A stretch of 27,097 bases of DNA, from the IMG/VR virus record IMGVR_UViG_3300044580_000387, positions 1 through 27,097 of that record. One strand, given 5' to 3'. Every line of letters begins with the position of its first letter. The stretch's first letter is position 1. Positions 18,189 to 25,970 of this stretch are shown here, piece by piece. The stretch comes from a virus (Duplodnaviria > Caudoviricetes). Under the pieces are notes generated by a model. That model ran no database searches. It was not told the DNA's origin and saw only the letters and a list, made by a program, of their open reading frames with translations. The translations under genes and the position numbers were made by a program.

Positions 18189-18599
18189 ATGTTCACAACC
18201 AAAGAAGAGCTAAAAACACACATGAGCGTCGATAATATCGACATCATAACCGAGAGCGACGATACTATTGTGGAGAGTGCAATAGATTCTGCCGTATCCG
18301 AGGCTAAAGGCTACTTAAACGATTTTGATATTTCAGCAATTTTCTCGGCTACTGGCTCAAATCGCAACACTCTATTGCTAACGTTTATAAAGGATATTGC
18401 CGTTTGGCACTTTATGACTTTAAGCAACTATCAGGCCGATGTGGAGTTTCGCAAGGCTCGTTACGAGAGGGCTGTGGCCTGGCTCAAGGCTGTTATGAAA
18501 GGAGATGTTGTCCCCGACCTTCCCCGCCGTGTGGCATCGGACGAAAAGCCCGCCCGTATAATGTGGGGTAGCAATCAAAAAAGAGGTCTCCGTTTTTAA
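18189..18599 (+). CDS. Mu gp36-like (DUF1320) head completion protein
   Basis: 'AIDSAVSEAKGYL', 'DIAVWH', 'RYERAVAWLKAV..G...PDLP'. Confidence 0.85.
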   Translation: MFTTKEELKTHMSVDNIDIITESDDTIVESAIDSAVSEAKGYLNDFDISAIFSATGSNRNTLLLTFIKDIAVWHFMTLSNYQADVEFRKARYERAVAWLKAVMKGDVVPDLPRRVASDEKPARIMWGSNQKRGLRF

Positions 18600-18621
18600 A
18601 CTTATTTTAAACTATATTTAA

Positions 18622-21153
18622 ATGGCAAAAAAAACAACCGTAAACAACAGCGAGTCAAAAGGAATTGTTATCAACCAGCTCGTAGTTAGGCCGAATAACC
18701 GAAGCGTTACCGATATTGATTCTTGGCGTAGTGCGCTTAAAGCAGCCGACAAGGGCAAGCGGGCTAAACTTTACGACCTTTACGAGGACTTGCTGCTCGA
18801 TAATGTTCTATCGTCCGCAATCGAAAAGCGCATAATGGCAATAACCAACGCCGATTTAGCCTTTACTCGGAACGATACCAACGAGCCCGAGATTGATACC
18901 CTTATGGATACTCCAGAGTTCGAGGAGATTTTAACCGAAATTATGAACGTAAAGTTCTGGGGAAAAACGGTGATGGAACTCGATTTTACAAATGGGCTGA
19001 AAGGCTTCAACATACCGCGAAAACATATCCGCACTGATTTAGGGGTAATTGTTAAAAATGAAAATGACGAATTTGGATTTCCCTACCGCAACGACGATTT
19101 CTTCCTTGAGGTTGGCAACGACAAGAACTTAGGTTTAATACTCAAGGCCGCTCCATTCGCAATTTATAAGCGTGGCGGATTCAACGATTGGGCTCAATTC
19201 GTTGAGCTTTTTGGTATGCCCGACAGGATTGGAAAGTATGACATGGGCGACGATGAAACCCGTAGAATTCTAACAGATCTTTTCACAAATGCTGGCTCCG
19301 CTCGTTGGGCTGTTGTGCCTAAAAGCGCAGATATTGAGACAAAAGACGACAGCTCCTACACGGCTAACTCGCTATACAAGGACTTTAAGAATGCCTGCAA
19401 CGAGGAGATACTTATTGGCATACTTGGCCAAACAATGACCACGCAAAACGGCTCCTCAAAATCGCAGTCCGAAACACACAAGGAGGTGGAAGAGGGAATT
19501 AATAAGTCGGATAGGCGGTTTGTTCAGCGTGTTCTTAACAAGGAGTTATTGCCAAGGTTGGAAAAGCGAGGTTTTCCGGTTAGCGGCGGCTTCTTTTATT
19601 TTCCGGAGGCTGGCGAAAACCTCAAAACCGGCGAGCGGTTAGAAATTGACATTAAACTTAAAAATGAGATTGGCATTGATATTGATGATGATTACTTTTA
19701 CGAAACATATGGGGTTCCAAAGCCAAAAGGCAAGGTTAGCAGAAAACAGGAGGCAAAACCAGCATCAGAGGAGGTAAAACAATCCGGCCCATCACCTGAA
19801 CAGCTATCTTTCTGGGAAAGGGTTTTAAGTTTTTTCGACCCAGCCCCCGGCAAGGGGGCAAAGATAAACCACTCTTGTCCGACTTGTGGTGGCATCCATC
19901 AGAGTAACCTAGCAGATAATCTGGGCGAGTTCAACACCGAGGCGTTACTTAGGCGCGTTGTAGCTGGCGAGGCTTCCTATTTCGATGCCGAACTTTATAC
20001 CTTTACGGCCAATGCCCTAAAAGATGGCTTAACAAAGGGTTTTGCCGCTAAAAAATTTATCGATTTTGAGTATGGCTTCGAGCCCGATGCGCTTAAAACA
20101 GCCATGGAACTCAACCTATTTCATTTCAGCGCGGCCAAAACTTTAACTCAAGTTCAGAAATTAAACGAACTTTGGCGCGGCTCAACCAGTTTCGAGGACT
20201 TTAGGAAAAAGGCCGAAGGGGTTACTGAGGTTTTCAATAAAACTTGGCTACAAACGGAGTACGAAACTGCATACTTAACGGCAGAAAGTAGCGCTTTATT
20301 TCATCGCCTGGCTCAGCAAACAGATATATTCCCTTACTGGGAGTACAGAACCGTAGGTGATAATAAGGTAAGACCAGAGCACCGCACATTAAATGGGCTT
20401 ATTTTACCGGCCAACGATCCGAGATGGAATAAGATATGGCCGCCAAATGGCTGGAAATGCCGTTGCTACATTGTTCCGCGTATGGCCAGCGAGGTTGATG
20501 TATCTAAATTTGCGGAGAATAGAAAAACGGTTGACGAGTACTTTAAAACCCCTGAGTGGAAAAAAAATGCGGCTCAAGGATTCGACGTTAATAGGGCCAT
20601 ACTTGGGCAGGTTTTCACCAAAAACCAGATGTATATAAACAAATTCCCTGATAAGGCGTCGAAGTTGCTTAAAAACCTATTCTATAACGATTGGGGGCTC
20701 GACGAAATTGGCAAGCGAATGGCGAAAGCCACCGATTTGTTTACTCCTTACGCTGGCACGGCCGACAAATGGTTTAAAGCCAACGCAAAAAAGGGGCTTA
20801 TAACCTTCAACGACTACCAGAACCGCTCCGTTTTTATGACCGAAAAAACGTTTAAAAAACACACCTTAGGGAAAAAAGCGGATAGGGTTGAGTACTTAAA
20901 CAGCTTAAAGGATATAATTGCTAACCCCGACGAGGTTTGGCTTAACGATTATATCAAGGGTAGATACGATAATTTCGTTCTAATAAAGTATTACAAGGAT
21001 TACGCCTTAGCGGCAATATGTCGGGTTAATGAGGGTAAAGTTTACGAGGTTAATACCTGGTTTAAAATTGCGGTTGAGTCCAAGGTGAAGGATAAGCTAC
21101 ATAACCCCCGCTGGATGTACAGAAGAGGGCTGCTTATTAAAAACAAAGAGTAG
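18622..21153 (+). CDS. Portal (DUF935/Mu gp29-like) - MuF (gp30-like) - PBECR2-like nuclease fusion
   Basis: Portal 'WAQFVELFGMP.RIGKY', 'ILGQTMTT..GSSKSQSETH'; MuF 'WLQTEY', 'YRTVGDNKVRPEH...PPNGWKCRC'; C-terminal 'KH...R..YL...NPDEVW...IKYY...TWF...RRGLLI'. Confidence 0.85.
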   Translation: MAKKTTVNNSESKGIVINQLVVRPNNRSVTDIDSWRSALKAADKGKRAKLYDLYEDLLLDNVLSSAIEKRIMAITNADLAFTRNDTNEPEIDTLMDTPEFEEILTEIMNVKFWGKTVMELDFTNGLKGFNIPRKHIRTDLGVIVKNENDEFGFPYRNDDFFLEVGNDKNLGLILKAAPFAIYKRGGFNDWAQFVELFGMPDRIGKYDMGDDETRRILTDLFTNAGSARWAVVPKSADIETKDDSSYTANSLYKDFKNACNEEILIGILGQTMTTQNGSSKSQSETHKEVEEGINKSDRRFVQRVLNKELLPRLEKRGFPVSGGFFYFPEAGENLKTGERLEIDIKLKNEIGIDIDDDYFYETYGVPKPKGKVSRKQEAKPASEEVKQSGPSPEQLSFWERVLSFFDPAPGKGAKINHSCPTCGGIHQSNLADNLGEFNTEALLRRVVAGEASYFDAELYTFTANALKDGLTKGFAAKKFIDFEYGFEPDALKTAMELNLFHFSAAKTLTQVQKLNELWRGSTSFEDFRKKAEGVTEVFNKTWLQTEYETAYLTAESSALFHRLAQQTDIFPYWEYRTVGDNKVRPEHRTLNGLILPANDPRWNKIWPPNGWKCRCYIVPRMASEVDVSKFAENRKTVDEYFKTPEWKKNAAQGFDVNRAILGQVFTKNQMYINKFPDKASKLLKNLFYNDWGLDEIGKRMAKATDLFTPYAGTADKWFKANAKKGLITFNDYQNRSVFMTEKTFKKHTLGKKADRVEYLNSLKDIIANPDEVWLNDYIKGRYDNFVLIKYYKDYALAAICRVNEGKVYEVNTWFKIAVESKVKDKLHNPRWMYRRGLLIKNKE
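19830..19859 (+). promoter_or_regulatory. Putative programmed frameshift signal at portal/MuF junction
   Basis: In-frame T_TTT_TTC (19830-19836), 6-nt spacer, GCCCCC-GGCAA-GGGGGC hairpin (19843-19859). Confidence 0.62.
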
Positions 21154-21170
21154 CGTTTTAAACGCTACTC
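21139..21170 (-). terminator. Intrinsic terminator (minus strand) overlapping the nuclease stop codon
   Basis: GAGTAGCGTTT/AAACGCTACTC inverted repeat (21148-21170) followed by TTTGTTTTT on minus strand only. Confidence 0.75.
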
Positions 21171-21270
21171 CCTACGGGTTAAATTGTCCTTACGCTGCAT
21201 TCAGCCTCTTTTTGTCCCCAACGCCCGTCAGGGTTAACTCCAGATTAACCGCAAGGACAATCTTGATTAA
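21139..21270 (-). ncRNA. Predicted structured small RNA convergent with the nuclease gene
   Basis: TTG-N20-TATATTTG promoter, 12-bp closing stem with G-U pairs favouring minus strand, three internal hairpins, terminator hairpin + U-tract; only tiny ORFs. Confidence 0.62.
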
Positions 21271-21273
21271 CTA

Positions 21274-21304
21274 CAAATATACAACATAATATGGCAACAT
21301 TCAA
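21274..21304 (-). promoter_or_regulatory. Bacteroidetes sigma-A-type promoter for the predicted ncRNA
   Basis: TTG (21304-21302), 20-nt spacer, TATATTTG (21281-21274). Confidence 0.62.
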
Positions 21305-21806
21305 GGATTTAGACAATTTTTTTAAAAGGCTCGACACCGATTTTGCCAGGCGTGCTGTTCCCCGCATTATTGCCGAGAATGCCACCGAGTTCTACAAGGA
21401 GCGTTTCTCTCTTAAGGTTGATGTTGACGGCAAGCCATGGCTTGATACGGCAAAGCCAGTAAAACGCGGATCGCTTATGGTGCGCTCCGGTGCCCTTATG
21501 GCCTCGGTTAAGCCATCCGTTGTTACAGAGGAGCGTGTCCGCATATCGGCGGGTAGCACTAAAGTGCCGTATGCAAAGCCACACAACGAGGGCGAAATAA
21601 TCAACATTCCTGTTACCCCACAAATGCGAAAATTTGCTTGGGCAATGAACTATAAAACTAAGGAGGACTACTGGAAAGGCCTCGCGCTAACCAAAAAGCA
21701 AACGCTTACCATTAAGCTGCCAAAGCGCCAGTTCATGGGTCATTCGAACCTACTTAATGATAAACTTATGGACGCGTTCCGGAAAGCCTTTGGAAACCTA
21801 TTTTAA
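21291..21806 (+). CDS. Mu gpG-like virion morphogenesis (tail completion) protein
   Basis: 'DVDGKPW', 'LMVRSGALMASV', 'VPYAKPHNEG', 'LPKRQFMG'. Confidence 0.88.
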   Translation: MATFKDLDNFFKRLDTDFARRAVPRIIAENATEFYKERFSLKVDVDGKPWLDTAKPVKRGSLMVRSGALMASVKPSVVTEERVRISAGSTKVPYAKPHNEGEIINIPVTPQMRKFAWAMNYKTKEDYWKGLALTKKQTLTIKLPKRQFMGHSNLLNDKLMDAFRKAFGNLF

Positions 21807-21823
21807 ACTTAATAACAAAAGAA

Positions 21824-22258
21824 ATGAAAGCACTCTACAACACAATTCTTGAGCGAATTACTTCGCAAGTTCCCGAAATTAAAATGGTTGATTTCGAAAT
21901 GGGACAACTCGAAACGCTTGAAAATGACCAACGCCCGTCGGTTCTTTTCCCCTGTTGTCTTATCGATATTGATTACACCAGCTGCGAGGATGAAAGCGAC
22001 ACAACCCAGCAAGTGGAGGCGCGTGTAACGCTCAAATTTGCTTTTCAGCAGCAAAACAATACCGATAGTTTGGCCTCATCCGCAAAGCGCAATGCGGGAC
22101 TTCTGCTTTTCGATACAATAGAAAAAGCGCATACTGCGCTTCAGGGATACTCAACAAGTGAGTTTTCAAACTTCAGCCGCCGGGCAATGACACCCGACCG
22201 CCGCTTTGTAGGCATTAAGGTTGTTGATGTGGTTTACGAAACAACCTTTGAAGAGTAG
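21824..22258 (+). CDS. Mu gp37-like tail terminator protein
   Basis: 'IKMVDFEMGQLE...RPSVLFPCCLIDI', 'HTALQG'; synteny. Confidence 0.7.
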   Translation: MKALYNTILERITSQVPEIKMVDFEMGQLETLENDQRPSVLFPCCLIDIDYTSCEDESDTTQQVEARVTLKFAFQQQNNTDSLASSAKRNAGLLLFDTIEKAHTALQGYSTSEFSNFSRRAMTPDRRFVGIKVVDVVYETTFEE

Positions 22259-22369
22259 CGGGCTCAATTTCCCGCGCTAACTTTTTAAGGGACAACTTCA
22301 ATAGCAAAATTTGGCCGTAAAGAGTATCTAACCTTATTAAAATTCGGTCGTTGGCGTTGTAAATTGGCC

Positions 22370-22666
22370 TTACCATACAAAATGCGGAATTTTGCGCTTT
22401 AACTTAGCTAGTTGAGGCTTTTCGGCAAAGAGCTCATCAAGTATAGCCTGGTTGGCCTTTAAACGTTCAATTACAACACGCTCGCAAATGTCAAATTCGA
22501 CAACGAGCGAGTTAATAGTGTCTTTATAGCTAATTTTTTTTATATAAGAGTAGTAAAAAAATCGGGCAGCAAGTTTTTCATCGCGGCTTGCCAATAGCTC
22601 TTTGCTTCTGCCCTTCCGCATAGGCACTTTTGGCTTTTGCTGAAAATAGTTATGCAGCTCGTTCAT
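22370..22666 (-). CDS. Small HTH-like protein, putative Mor/C-like late transcription activator (start may be 22621, MRKGR)
   Basis: 'RDEKLAARFFYY...LVVEFDICERVV' resembles Mor/C-type HTH; last early-arm gene; own TAAATTTG element at 22678-22671. Confidence 0.5.
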   Translation of the reverse strand: MNELHNYFQQKPKVPMRKGRSKELLASRDEKLAARFFYYSYIKKISYKDTINSLVVEFDICERVVIERLKANQAILDELFAEKPQLAKLKRKIPHFVW

Positions 22667-22710
22667 AATGCAAATTTATTAACTATTTTTTTAAAATTAA
22701 GAATAGATTT

Positions 22711-22737
22711 AAAAAAAATCCTCCATTTTTTGGAGGA
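22711..22737 (-). terminator. Intrinsic terminator after lipoprotein moron
   Basis: TCCTCCA-N5-TGGAGGA (22719-22737) followed by T8 on minus strand. Confidence 0.78.
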
Positions 22738-22757
22738 CTTTTAAACAATTTATAAAC

Positions 22758-23081
22758 CTAGTATTTTATTGTTTTATGAATATACAGAGTATCTTTACCC
22801 TTTATGGTTTCCATGTAATCGCCGCGCTTTAAAACGGTAACAAAAACACTATCAGGCGCAACGACAACGAGGTCAAGATTCCAGTTGTGTGTATATTCAT
22901 CATAAAAGGCAAAGCCTTTATCTACAGTTAGGTCTTCAATCCACTCTCCGTTCTGATCACGATAGTCAATTTTATACTTCTGAGTGTAGCCGGTTATTTG
23001 AACCGTGTAAGTTGCCTCATCTTTATAGCACGATGTCAACATGCTAACCAGTAAGGCAATAATTAATAATGTTCTTTTCAT
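22758..23081 (-). CDS. Lipoprotein of unknown function (moron)
   Basis: MKR + hydrophobic stretch + lipobox LTSC; own TACTTTTG element (23110-23103) and terminator. Confidence 0.78.
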   Translation of the reverse strand: MKRTLLIIALLVSMLTSCYKDEATYTVQITGYTQKYKIDYRDQNGEWIEDLTVDKGFAFYDEYTHNWNLDLVVVAPDSVFVTVLKRGDYMETIKGKDTLYIHKTIKY

Positions 23082-23127
23082 AGTTTGTGATTTTTAGTTA
23101 AACAAAAGTATAAAAATTAATAAGCCG

Positions 23128-23433
23128 TTAAGCTTTTTTCTGCTTTTTTAACTCAACTTGAGTTCGAAGCCTGATGTAGCTTATATATAAATTTAATCCT
23201 TTTAACCCATGCTTGTAGTAGATTTCCTTCATCCTCCTTTCCGTATCAATTGTTTTGCTATTTACTTGAATTTTCGGCATTTTTCCGGCTGTTTCATGAA
23301 TATATTCAAGCACCTTCATAACCTTTCCTGAAGAAATTACTTTTTGTTTCCTCAATTCTGCGTTACATTTACTTGTTACTTTTAACCCTTTCAATCGCCT
23401 TGCGATTAAAATTAGCTTCAACTCTTTAAACAT
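23128..23433 (-). CDS. Hypothetical basic protein
   Basis: 101-aa Lys-rich ORF in early-arm orientation. Confidence 0.6.
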   Translation of the reverse strand: MFKELKLILIARRLKGLKVTSKCNAELRKQKVISSGKVMKVLEYIHETAGKMPKIQVNSKTIDTERRMKEIYYKHGLKGLNLYISYIRLRTQVELKKQKKA

Positions 23434-23475
23434 AATTACCTTATTAGTTAATTTTATTTTAACACAAATATTGAA

Positions 23476-23946
23476 TTATTCATACCTAAACTTTGTAAAG
23501 TGTATGATAGCCATCGGACATGATAAATCATATTTCTCAAACCAGGAGATAAATTCGCTAACTTTTAAGCCGTCGTTTTTCGAAATTTCGGCTAAACTTA
23601 CAAGCTTATTATTAACGAATGGCATGTAAAGTAAATTATTTTTAAATGTAAGCTCCTGTAAACCTATACCCGAACCTTTATCAAAGGTAACTATTTCTAC
23701 CTGCTTTGATTTATATGGCTTATCACTCCAATACCTTAGCGATAAAATAGCATCTCCAGCATTAACTTCGTTAATAATTCTTTCCCAGTATTTATAATTT
23801 GCCCTGCAAGTGTGAATTTTATTACCTAATCCGTTATTATTACAGGCATAATTATTTAATATTTTTTTAACAAAATTTGTATCGTGTCCGTACCTTAGAT
23901 GATTAGCCGGAAATTGCCTGGATATTGTTAAAATAAATGTTTTCAT
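23476..23946 (-). CDS. Phage protein, possible ASCH/PUA-like fold
   Basis: 'KIHTCR', 'LSLRYWSDKPYKS', 'ISKNDGL...FISWF', 'IIHF' pattern. Confidence 0.6.
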   Translation of the reverse strand: MKTFILTISRQFPANHLRYGHDTNFVKKILNNYACNNNGLGNKIHTCRANYKYWERIINEVNAGDAILSLRYWSDKPYKSKQVEIVTFDKGSGIGLQELTFKNNLLYMPFVNNKLVSLAEISKNDGLKVSEFISWFEKYDLSCPMAIIHFTKFRYE

Positions 23947-24245
23947 ATCTCAATTTGCTTTAAATCCTTATAATTTCCCAGGTTTATAACCTTCCCATTA
24001 CAAATAGTATATACCTCCCAGTTCACTTCTGTCAAACTGCACTTTTTAATAAAGTCTGCAGCTGCTTTACTGCTATCAAAACAGATAGGTTTCTTTCCAT
24101 CGCTTACAAGTATGCAGCAATTCTTTTGCAGTGTGAAGACTGCTGGCCTTATATGCTTGCGAAGCAAGTACAGTATCGATGCTGTTATTGCCAAAAGCAC
24201 GATTATTGCACCTGCAAGTATTGCTATTGTTTTTATCCCTGTCAT
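23943..24245 (-). CDS. Hypothetical protein with N-terminal TM helix
   Basis: IAILAGAIIVLLAITASILYLL; ATGA-type overlaps with neighbours. Confidence 0.65.
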   Translation of the reverse strand: MTGIKTIAILAGAIIVLLAITASILYLLRKHIRPAVFTLQKNCCILVSDGKKPICFDSSKAAADFIKKCSLTEVNWEVYTICNGKVINLGNYKDLKQIEI

Positions 24246-24870
24246 TTTTTAAAGTACTTATCAATTAGACAAAGCAAGTTTTCTAAGTCTGCAATGCCTG
24301 CAACTCTAAGTTGCATATTACCACTATGCAACAACATGAACTTGCAACTTTTTAGTGCAAATACATTTTCCTGCACCTCTGCATATTGTTGCAAATACTG
24401 CAAAGATAAATCTGGGTTAATTTTTTTGTATATACAGATAGCTTAACCCCATCGTCAACATCACACCTAAAGGTAAAACCTTTAGCAAATAGGAAGGCTC
24501 GTGAAATATCACAAAGCATCTCATCGTGCGCCTGGCTAATCTCGTATGCAGGCGTGGCAACTCTTCTCATAGTGCAATTTTTTTAACATTATTTTTTCTA
24601 CAGTGTCCTTCGTGGCTGCGTCGGGATGCATCAGTTGCAAACTCGCGCCCGCAAACGCTGCACCTGTAAACCTGCATTGTTTTTTTAGATTCTGCAATAA
24701 CCTGCAAGCCGTGCATTGTTTTTTTTGCAGAATGCTCCTGCATGCTTGCAGGCTGCAACTTTTCTGCTGCATGTTGCAGATTTTCTCCTGCAAGTCTGCT
24801 GCCTATGCTGCCCAGGCTGTACATAATTAGCCCTGTAAATACTGCAAGAAAAATAGTTAGGTAGAATGCA
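24038..24870. repeat. Dense cluster of TGCA tetramers
   Basis: 34 TGCA counted by hand in 833 bp versus ~3 expected from composition. Confidence 0.85.
24242..24570 (-). CDS. Hypothetical ~109-aa protein split by a -1 shift at an A7 run (frameshift, pseudogene or sequencing error)
   Basis: Frame 0 stops at 24352; the -1 frame from 24427-24421 stays open to TGA 24244-24242, overlapping the next ATG. Confidence 0.6.
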
Positions 24871-25154
24871 ACCGGGTTGCCAAGCAGGTTATCGGCATAC
24901 TTTAAGTTAAAACCGCAAAATACAAGCAGGGTGTCAAAAACTGGGAAAGCAATCCGCATCCATTTTGATGAGCTGGTACGCATAACCAGGACAGTAACAA
25001 CGCTAAAGGCCATAGAACCGATAATGGCAAATGCCTTGTCAACTAGTCCTGATTCGCTTACAAGGTATAGCAGCGACTTTGCGTTTATGTATGTCAGTTC
25101 CAGCACTAAAAGAAATAGTGCGAGGGCTACTGCAAGTTGATATGTTCTTTTCAT
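24567..25154 (-). CDS. Multi-pass membrane protein with C-terminal C2H2/C2HC-like zinc finger
   Basis: About four hydrophobic helices; 'YRCSVCGREF....RRSHEGHC'. Confidence 0.72.
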   Translation of the reverse strand: MKRTYQLAVALALFLLVLELTYINAKSLLYLVSESGLVDKAFAIIGSMAFSVVTVLVMRTSSSKWMRIAFPVFDTLLVFCGFNLKYADNLLGNPVAFYLTIFLAVFTGLIMYSLGSIGSRLAGENLQHAAEKLQPASMQEHSAKKTMHGLQVIAESKKTMQVYRCSVCGREFATDASRRSHEGHCRKNNVKKIAL

Positions 25155-25159
25155 ATTAT

Positions 25160-25687
25160 TTACAGTAAAGTGTTTAAAACCCGAGAATTAACAGCATTAT
25201 AATGTTCACTAAACTTTCTATCAACGTCTAAAAGCATATTGGCGTTTTTTATAGATAGTAAAATCGTTGCATGATCACGCGCTAAAATATTACCTATATG
25301 AGAAAGGCTAAGCTTTATATTTTCGCGTATAATTTTTGCAGCAATTTTACGTGCATCGCAAATTTCCTGCTTTCTGCAATCTGACACCAGCTCATCCATT
25401 CCTATTCTATATTCCAGCAACACCTCGTTGAGAATTAGGTTTACATTTATCTTTGACTTGTAATGTTCAATATTGTAATAATTTAAGCCAACTGCTTTTC
25501 CTACGAGTATCGCTATTTTTGTAAAATTATCATTCTCGAATCCAGGCAAAAAAGCTATTGCATCGCACTCCACTATTTTTTTTATCTTTTCAGCGACTGA
25601 TCCTTCACAAAATACGGGGATATGACCATCTTCGTAAAGCTTTTTAGCCAAAGCCTCGGCATTATTACCAATTATGTAGATTCTCAT
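25160..25687 (-). CDS. DUF4406-like N-domain fused to DnaA C-terminal (domain IV)-like HTH
   Basis: 'MRIYIIG...CDAIAFLPGFE'; 'RKQEICDARKIA...LSLSHIGNILARDHATIL'. Confidence 0.72.
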   Translation of the reverse strand: MRIYIIGNNAEALAKKLYEDGHIPVFCEGSVAEKIKKIVECDAIAFLPGFENDNFTKIAILVGKAVGLNYYNIEHYKSKINVNLILNEVLLEYRIGMDELVSDCRKQEICDARKIAAKIIRENIKLSLSHIGNILARDHATILLSIKNANMLLDVDRKFSEHYNAVNSRVLNTLL

Positions 25688-25944
25688 TTTTTTTGAAATT
25701 TGAACGGTTTAAACTTTATGGTTGTTTCTACAAGCACTCTACCTGTGCCATCGCAGAATTTGCAATGCCTGTATTCAGAGGATAAGCCTTTTGTGTGCCC
25801 TTCAAACACCATAACAACTTCGCTCCCAATGCCCCCACATGCTGGGCATAATGTTGTTTTGCTGTAATGTAGCTCCCTTCTGTTTTCATCCAGAAACTTC
25901 GGATTAATTGAGTTGGAATCTATAATGCTTTTTAAATCTATCAT
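25684..25944 (-). CDS. DnaJ-type zinc-finger small protein
   Basis: CPACGGIG and CKFCDGTG (CxxCxGxG x2). Confidence 0.75.
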   Translation of the reverse strand: MIDLKSIIDSNSINPKFLDENRRELHYSKTTLCPACGGIGSEVVMVFEGHTKGLSSEYRHCKFCDGTGRVLVETTIKFKPFKFQKK

Positions 25945-25970
25945 CTACTTAGGGGTTATAAGTTGTTTTA

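Noticed and set aside
21183-21261. tRNA gene (cloverleaf-like fold)
   Set aside because: No TTCRA T-loop, no 7-nt anticodon loop, no CCA; kept as unknown ncRNA
21154-21290. Protein immunity gene after the nuclease
   Set aside because: No ATG on + strand; minus-strand ORFs are only 11 and 6 codons; the next gene is gpG-like
7018-21623. Other opposite-strand or nested ORFs (e.g. 7018-7515, 15640-16086, 16182-16544, 21309-21623)
   Set aside because: Lie within well-supported genes, with shadow-like composition and no motifs
22258-22286. Terminator after gp37-like gene
   Set aside because: Only a 5-bp core stem (GCGGG/CCCGC) with a displaced T-run; too weak to call
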